From assembly GCA_052426225.1 (NCBI GenBank), contig JBNJNM010000021.1, positions 1,116,001-1,180,000 on the forward strand: a stretch of DNA of 64,000 nucleotides, given 5' to 3'. The stretch comes from Zancudomyces culisetae HAW-14-8. Its lineage: Eukaryota > Fungi > Kickxellomycota. The notes below the pieces were generated by a model, which did no database searches, was not told where the DNA came from, and saw only the letters and a program-made list of their open reading frames with translations. Positions 56,699 through 64,000 of the stretch are shown here, piece by piece. Both the position numbers and the translations under genes were made by a program. Each line of letters begins with the position of its first letter. Within the stretch, counting starts at the first letter, position 1.

Positions 56699-59600
56699 TA
56701 CGTGGTGGAGACATGTTTTTTACTTTTTCTACGTTTTCCGTGTCAGGTTTGATTCCCTCTGTACTAATAGTATGTCCCAGATATTTTACTTCAGTGTAGC
56801 CAATGCGACACTTTTCGGAGTGTAATTTTATGTTTTTTGTACGTATAAGTTCTATTACTCGGTATACATCCTGAATATGTTCGTCGAAAGTTTTGGAATA
56901 TATAATAATATCGTCAATATATACCAGCACACAGCGGTGAAGTTCACTTTTCAAGACCTCTTCCATAACCCTCTGAAATATCGCGGGGGCATTGGTTAAC
57001 CCGAACGGGAGCACGGTAAATTGGTAGAGACCCAGTCCCGGGCCTGGAGTAAAGGCTGTCATTTCCTGGGTTTTTAAATCCAATGGTATTTGCCAGTAGC
57101 CACTAAGAGCATCCAGCGTTGTAAAATATTTTGATCCTTGTAAGTTAAGTAAAATTTCATCTATATTAGGGATCGGGTACGCGTCTTTTTTTGAAATTTC
57201 GTTGAGCTTGCGGTAGTCAACGCAAATACGTTTTTTGCCGTCCTTTTTATTGACTACCACCATAGGGAAACAGTACGGGCTTTTGGATTTTACTATCACA
57301 CCTTGTGTCTCCATCTCTACTATTTGATCCATAACCTCCTCCCGTAATCGTTTTGCCAGACGGTATGGTTTACATTGTATTGGCCCTTTTTCCAATAATT
57401 CTACCTTCACCGGTTCGACTCGTGCACCCTGAAACTCCTCTAAGTTGTTTGCAAACTCATCTTCGTTTTCCTTCAGCATGTTTTCTAATCTTTGCTTGTA
57501 TAGTTCAGTTAAGTCTTGATTTATTACTTTCCCTGTTACGTCTATTAGGTTTATTTCTTTTGGGTCGTCGATAATTTCCTTTCCCTCTTCATGTCTTAAC
57601 ATTAGTGGTATTTGATGTGTTTGTCCTTTAATATTGCACGAGATTAATTGCTTGTCCATATTAATTTGAGCCTTCAAACATGCCAGTAAGTCCACACCTA
57701 ATAGTAAAAGATCTGGCTTGCCCTGCTCTATGGAATACATTGGTACTTGGATGTTGAACGTGTCGAACGTCAATTTTACTGAAGGGTAATATCTTGACTC
57801 GGTTTTTCTTCCTTCTACTCCTACTATAGTTACGCTTGATTCATGTCCTCTTCCTAATTTTAACTTTTGAGCCATCTTATAACTCATTAAATTGGTAGCC
57901 GCTCCGCTATCGTATTGGAACCATGTTTCGATACCGTTAATTCTGACTTTACCTAGGATAGCATTTATTTTCTTGCTCATGTCCCTTTGTGATATTGTTG
58001 GATGTGCCATCGCCTGCTCTTGTAAGTCTACCAGATTTATCTCGCGTTGGTATCCCTCTTGGCTTCTGTTTATCGGTGTTGCTGTTTTCATTTCCACGTC
58101 CTGAATATCACTTGGACAGTCGTTTGCATAATGTCCATTTTGTCGACACTTGTAGCATCTAACATTGTTAATATTTCTGTTTATATTTCTACTATTTTTA
58201 GTAGGCGTTTCATATCTGTGAGTTTTTCCTTGTCTTCTGCCTTTCTGAGTTTAAATTGATTACTATTAAAATCGTTATTATTCTTAATACTAGTATTATA
58301 TTGTGCCTTTGACGAATTATGTATATTTTTATTATTATTGTTATAATTCCTATTTTTGTTGTTATTAATTATATTATTTTTATTGTAGTTATTTGTTTTT
58401 GTATAGTCATTCTTATTTATTCGTATGCCTTGTGATTTTTTTGTTTCGATATAGTCTTCTTCTCGCTGTATCATATAGGATAACATTGTTTTCATGGTTA
58501 TCCCATCCTTGTTGTTACGCATGTGTTGTTTATCGGTAGGATTTAATTTTTTGAATACTTCTTCTGACATTTTCTCTTCATCTGTTACATTCATACTTCT
58601 AAATAACATTTTCAGATCCGCGAACGTCGTAATAGGATTGTTATTATATAGGTTGTATTTTTCGAATTGTTTCCTAGCTTCCGAAGTGTCCCTGTATTTG
58701 TTACAGGTTGTAACAAATAATTTGCAGTATTCTTCCAAGTCCTCTTCAATTACCATTAAGTCAGTAAGGGTTTTCTTTATTCTACCTTCCAGGAAAGTTT
58801 CGAGGTAAGTGTACGTTTCCTCCAGAGTTAATATTTGTTCAAGTGCATTTACATGCTTACAAAACTTGTTTAAAAATTCTGTAGGATCTTGGTCCCACGA
58901 GTTACAGAAAGTTGGTGGAGGTACAGGTAACCACCCTGGTGCAGTATCATCTTGACCTTTTCTCATTCGTTTTTGTGTGGCTTTGACGTTAGATTCTAGA
59001 ACCTCCTTTGCTGACTTATTTCCAATAACTTGGGGCCTGATATTTCTCTTACTGCTTTCAGCTCTAGGACTTTCCTTTTGTTTTCCGTTATTTGTTTCAA
59101 AATTAAATATCTCTATGCTCTTAGGAGCATATACCTTAATTTTGTTTACTCCGTCAATAAACAATCTCTTAGCTACTTGAACTGTGGTTACTTTCGGTGA
59201 TGAATTTCTATAGTTCATACTTTGTGGTGAAAAGTACAGTGCCGGGGATGCAGATAATTCTGGGTTGGCACCACTCTGGTTTCCATCCATGGGATCATTG
59301 TTAGAAAATGATCCTGTCGCTGACGCCATGTCGTAGTATTCAGAACTCTGACAGTTTTGAATACTCGACACGATACTGTAGTGAATTTTTATTAAACTAC
59401 TTGATGATTTTTTATTTAGATTCTCTGACATGATATTTTTATACTCATATGTAGAAAAATGTACTAAGATTAACTTTCCACGTTGGTTGTTTACAACGTG
59501 GTGTAGCTATTAGCTGCTATGAAGACAATTGCAACCATGTCCTTATGATATTGTTGCAATTCTTAACTAAATAATCAGTAGGTGTATGCCTCTGATTGTT

Positions 59601-59703
59601 TAAATACTATAAATAGACTAATAATAAACTAATAAACGTTGTATGAGGAAAAACCCATTGGGAAAAAGTGCTCATACAATAAGGTGCTACTAATTATACG
59701 ACA
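56699..59703 (-). mobile_element. 3'-truncated Ty3/gypsy element J (H lineage)
   Basis: 5' LTR 59329-59703, PBS 59311-59328, gag 58181-~59290 and PR-RT 56691-58097 homologous to H; cut within RT. Confidence 0.9.
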
Positions 59704-59707
59704 ACAC

Positions 59708-62700
59708 TGTCGTATAAATATAGTATAAGTAAAACTGTATTTGAGAACTGATGTTGTTTTATTTTAGAAATACTAAACCTTATATATAAATTCTGTAAAA
59801 ATTATAATCCTAATAAAATACTTTAATCATATAAATTTTATGATAACATGTGAAATAATAATAATCTGAAACAAGTAAATGAAACATAAGCTAAAATTGT
59901 AAATCCAGTCATTAAAATTTATAAACGTGTTGGGGATGATTTTCTCAACTGTCGATCCATCTGAAATGCTTTGTCATGCGGATTTACGGGAATGTAACGT
60001 GAATTTAATCTAACCATCTTAGCAATTTATTAAAAACCCAGTGGAAAAAATTATAAATTGCGGTGATTAAAATTCACGACAGACCCCCTCTTGATGTCAG
60101 ACGTCTCGGTCTGACTGACTACTTTGCTTGTAGTACTGCAACGTAGTTCTGATTCTACTTGGCACGACTTCCGGAATCATATAGCCTCGTTCATGGTACG
60201 GTTTCAACCGATCGCCATTAACTTGATCTTTGTTCATATTAGCGTCCATTATGATATAAGTACCCTTGTCTAGTACTCTTACAATGGTATATGGACCTTC
60301 CCAACGATCAGAAAACTTAGATTGGGGTGCGGCTACTATGCGAAGAACTTTGTCACCTACTTTATATTGATACGCTTTAACTGCTTTATCATACTTTTGT
60401 TTTTCATACTTTTTGTTGATAACTATATTGTTGTACGCTTGAGCCCTAATAATTGGTAACTCTTCTCGTATAAACTTGAGTCGCTCTAATGTGGCCTCTT
60501 CTTCATTTTCAATAGTCACATTTGGGTTCCAATATACAGGTGTGTTTAATTTTACACCATATAAACTTTCAGCAGGACTCACACCAATATTTCGATTTTT
60601 AGTAGAGCGTATTGTTAATAGGACTTTCCATAAATACTTATCCCAATTATGTCTGTCTTTGTAACAATATTTAGACAAAACATTTTTAAGGTATTGGTTA
60701 AACCTTTCCAATTGGCCATTGGCCTGTGGTCGGTATGCAGTGGTGGGTCGATGATCTATACCTAAAAACTTATAGAACTCTGTTGCTATTTCACTTATAA
60801 AGTTAGCTCCTCTATCTGAAATCAGCTGTTTAGGAACTCCATAAAGTGCAACTACATCATAAATTAGGAAATTTACAACTATTTCTGTGCTTATGTTAGG
60901 TACGGCTCGCGATATTGGCCATTTGGTATTGTAATCCATAGCTGTCAGTAAATACCTATTACCACTTGCAGATACCGGATTGATCGGCCCCATGGCGTCG
61001 ATTCCCAGTATCTCAAAAGGTTTTGCTGAAGCTATGGGATGCAGCGGGTTCACTTTACTAATATGCCCTTTGAATCTTTGGCAAAGGACACAAAACTTAA
61101 CAACTCTTTTAACAATATCAAATATTCTAGAACCTGTGTATAAAAGTTTGACCCTTTCCCATGTGTTTCCTATTCCACTATGCTCTTGGTCGTGAATAGC
61201 CTGAATTTTTTCTTCTGCATTGGATTCATTGAGTACTTCTCTTTGTCCAAACCGTTTGCTTACTGATACTAATCTATTGTCGCTGACTTTGTATGAATTA
61301 GCCTTCTTTCTGAACTCTAATTTTTCTTCCTCATTTAACCCAGATGGATAAGCTCTGTTAGTTAAATACTTCATTATAGTTTCATATCTGACAATACTCA
61401 TCGCAAATAAAGCTTTCGTTTCAATGTCTTGGTGCATTTTATCCATTGAACTGGAGGTAAATCTTGATAGGTGGTCAGCGGGATTGTTAGCACCTTTTCG
61501 GTGTTCTATGGTGTAATCATACTCTTTCAGAGTAATTTCCCAGCGGGCTAGCCGACCTGTAGGCTCTTTTGATTTAAAAATGTTAATTAGAGCGGAGTGG
61601 TCAGTAATGATCTTAAATGGGCGTCCTAAAACATAGTGTCTGAAATGTGTCACTCCCCAAACTACACCTAGCCCCTCTAAGTGAGTGATGGAATAATTTT
61701 CTTCGGCTTTAGATAAAGTACGACTGGCATATGCAACTGGCCAGTCTCTTCCATCGTAACACTGGCTTAATATGGCACCTAATCCTTGTTTTGATGCGTC
61801 TGTGGATATGGTAAACTCTCTATCCCAGTCTGGGTGTTTGAGCACTGGTGGTTTACTGAGCATTTCTTTTAACTTGTCCACAGCCTCTGAACAACTTTCA
61901 TTCCAACACCATGGATGGTCTTTGCGCAACATCAATGTTAATGGTTTACTTATTCTTGCGTAATCTCTTATAAACCTGCGATAATAACCGGTTAAGCCTA
62001 AAAAGCTTTGAATTTCTTTAATGTTGTTTGGGTATGGTAGCTTAGAAATTGCTGCCGACTTTGATGGATCTGTCTCAATCCCCTTTTTAGAAATCGCGTG
62101 GCCCAGATATGATATGCGCTGTTGGGCAAACACGCATTTCTCTTCGTTCAATTTTATTTTTGCCTCCTTAATTAAATCAAAAACTACTTTTATGTCTAAT
62201 AAGTGTTGACTGAATGATGTGGAAAATACTACAATGTCGTCTATAAAGACGACCACTGATTTCCATAAAACAGGTTGTAAAATAGACTCCATTAGTCTTT
62301 GAAAGGTCGCGGGACTATTGCTAAGTCCAAAGGGCATGACCTTATAACAATATAAACCTTCTCCAGGAAATGAAAAGGCTGTTTTTGTTTTATCAGCTTC
62401 ACGAATTTTTACCTGCCAGAACCCACTAAGGGCGTCTAGCGTCGTAAAGAATTCTGCTCCAGCTAGAGCGTTAAAGATATCTGAAATGTTAGGTAAAGGA
62501 TAGTTGTCTCTTCTGGTGATGGCGTTTAACTGGCGGTAATCTGAGCATACCCTTAATTTACCATTCTTTTTGACAATGGTTACCACTGGTGAGCACCAGT
62601 CCGAGTGGCATCTTTCTATAACACCATTTTTTAGCATGGTAGCTAGTTCTTCTCTAACCTTAACCTGCATAGATTGAGGTACTCTATAAGGTCTCTGACG

Positions 62701-64000
62701 AATGGGTTTGTGGTCCCCAGTGTCGATTGAGTGCTCGACTAAGTCTGTGCTTGTCAACTCTTCTAGTGATGAAGCAAATATGTCATTATAATGCACCAAT
62801 AACTGTGCAATATCGTTTTCAACTTTGGGCTTATTTTCAACTAATGCTACTTCCTTGGCCCACCCGACTACCTCTTCGGGTTCTTCAACTATCGTTGAAA
62901 TCTCTAATGAAACTGTGGAGTTATTATGTGGTATCATCACCTTATTATTGGTGATGTCTATAACTACGTTGTGCGTTTTGAGCCAGTCAACTTCAAGCAC
63001 GAATGTTTCCTTGTTGCTAGACATAATTAACAGGTCTGCAGGGAAGGTAATATTTTTAATATTTATGGGTACGTTCCATGCCTTCCCTATTGTGCGATGA
63101 ACGCTCCCATCAGCTGTCATGATAATTTCCTGGGATTTCTTATCCACTGAAAGTTTGAGGTCTGTGGCTAAAGCGTTGGTGACAACGCTGCAAGCTGCTC
63201 CTGTATCAATCACGACTTTACATTCTTGGTTAAATAGCCATATCTTTGCCCTACAATTTGTACTGGGCGCTTGAAATAGAGTTCCCAACTCTCTTGGCTC
63301 TTCATTATGGTTGTTCTCCCATACTTCTTTTAATTCTGCTCTTACAGTAGGCGATACCCTGATTAATTGATCTAAGGTGATGTTTGCTTTTACTGTTTTT
63401 ATATCTTTCCTAACAGAGTATTCTTGTCTCTCTGATTTTGCCTCGTATACTTTATTAATGTTTATGTTATTATCTTTTTGCATCCCTTCCTGGTCTGCCT
63501 TATTATTTAAAACTATACCTTTACTAATAATATTAAACTTATCCTGGCCTATTGCTTCGGGAATACTGACACTATGTTTAACTTTCTTGTAGTCTTCTCC
63601 TTTATCGCCGTCTAAGAGCTTGCGCTTCTCAATTATGCTCAGGTCACTCCAACGCTGCTCTAGGTCTGCTATAACGTCATTCTGAGTTCCTTGATATAAC
63701 TCAACTACGTTAACGTCCTTAAGTTTATCGGTGTAATTCGGGTTTCCACTTGCATTGTTTCTGATAGGGCACTGTGGGCTGATATGTCCTACTTCATTAC
63801 ACGTATAGCAGGTGACTCTTGGATATTTGGGATAGTAACTTGCCTCTACACTGTTTTCTTTAGCTTCTACTGGTGTCTTGAATTCTGGTTTTACTTTTTG
63901 TTTTACAACGTGTAAACCCCCTCTGTTATCATTGCGTACCGAACCTCTTGTGTCTTGTCGTACTTCTTGCTGCCTTCTGCTTCTTTGCTGACCGGCTGAG
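59708..64000 (-). mobile_element. Ty3/gypsy element K (3' part; continues right of the window)
   Basis: 3' LTR 59708-60081, PPT ~60084-60092, 4-bp spacer ACAC to the J LTR. Confidence 0.93.
60097..64000 (-). CDS. Gag-Pol of K (open to the window edge)
   Basis: Track ORF 60097-63483; manual reading finds no stop upstream to 64000 and an in-frame CYTCNEVGHISPQC knuckle. Confidence 0.9.
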   Translation of the reverse strand, partial: SAGQQRSRRQQEVRQDTRGSVRNDNRGGLHVVKQKVKPEFKTPVEAKENSVEASYYPKYPRVTCYTCNEVGHISPQCPIRNNASGNPNYTDKLKDVNVVELYQGTQNDVIADLEQRWSDLSIIEKRKLLDGDKGEDYKKVKHSVSIPEAIGQDKFNIISKGIVLNNKADQEGMQKDNNININKVYEAKSERQEYSVRKDIKTVKANITLDQLIRVSPTVRAELKEVWENNHNEEPRELGTLFQAPSTNCRAKIWLFNQECKVVIDTGAACSVVTNALATDLKLSVDKKSQEIIMTADGSVHRTIGKAWNVPINIKNITFPADLLIMSSNKETFVLEVDWLKTHNVVIDITNNKVMIPHNNSTVSLEISTIVEEPEEVVGWAKEVALVENKPKVENDIAQLLVHYNDIFASSLEELTSTDLVEHSIDTGDHKPIRQRPYRVPQSMQVKVREELATMLKNGVIERCHSDWCSPVVTIVKKNGKLRVCSDYRQLNAITRRDNYPLPNISDIFNALAGAEFFTTLDALSGFWQVKIREADKTKTAFSFPGEGLYCYKVMPFGLSNSPATFQRLMESILQPVLWKSVVVFIDDIVVFSTSFSQHLLDIKVVFDLIKEAKIKLNEEKCVFAQQRISYLGHAISKKGIETDPSKSAAISKLPYPNNIKEIQSFLGLTGYYRRFIRDYARISKPLTLMLRKDHPWCWNESCSEAVDKLKEMLSKPPVLKHPDWDREFTISTDASKQGLGAILSQCYDGRDWPVAYASRTLSKAEENYSITHLEGLGVVWGVTHFRHYVLGRPFKIITDHSALINIFKSKEPTGRLARWEITLKEYDYTIEHRKGANNPADHLSRFTSSSMDKMHQDIETKALFAMSIVRYETIMKYLTNRAYPSGLNEEEKLEFRKKANSYKVSDNRLVSVSKRFGQREVLNESNAEEKIQAIHDQEHSGIGNTWERVKLLYTGSRIFDIVKRVVKFCVLCQRFKGHISKVNPLHPIASAKPFEILGIDAMGPINPVSASGNRYLLTAMDYNTKWPISRAVPNISTEIVVNFLIYDVVALYGVPKQLISDRGANFISEIATEFYKFLGIDHRPTTAYRPQANGQLERFNQYLKNVLSKYCYKDRHNWDKYLWKVLLTIRSTKNRNIGVSPAESLYGVKLNTPVYWNPNVTIENEEEATLERLKFIREELPIIRAQAYNNIVINKKYEKQKYDKAVKAYQYKVGDKVLRIVAAPQSKFSDRWEGPYTIVRVLDKGTYIIMDANMNKDQVNGDRLKPYHERGYMIPEVVPSRIRTTLQYYKQSSQSDRDV

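Noticed and set aside
614-63592. Numerous short antisense or alternate-frame ORFs, for example 9319-10095, 1874-2407 and 26294-26650
   Set aside because: They are shadows of gag-pol codon structure, have no recognisable motifs and are not conserved between related elements

Overview
This AT-rich eukaryotic window (probably fungal, by inference from a Tf1/sushi-type chromovirus) contains no recognisable host gene. It is almost entirely Ty3/gypsy (Metaviridae) LTR retrotransposons: about 12 full-length, truncated or decayed elements, about 15 solo LTRs and one L1/Tx1-like LINE relic. The main result is the architecture. The non-chromodomain gypsy elements and solo LTRs, from many different LTR families, are not nested at random. 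They sit end to end, separated only by a repeated 4-bp target-site duplication (TSD): GTTT and +1-shifted variants across 2.9-20.3 kb, and GTCT and variants across 21.3-50.6 kb. Several TSDs include the first bases of the LTR to their right, and the left-hand elements are the most intact. This indicates repeated integration at one point, with new elements added on the left, giving a roughly time-ordered stack whose presumed anchor lies left of base 1. Chromoviruses and other 5-bp-TSD families instead insert inside elements. The chromovirus has a Tf1-like self-priming site and a -1 frameshift heptamer followed by a predicted pseudoknot. Coordinates were counted by eye and may be off by a base or two. 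Element letters are my labels.
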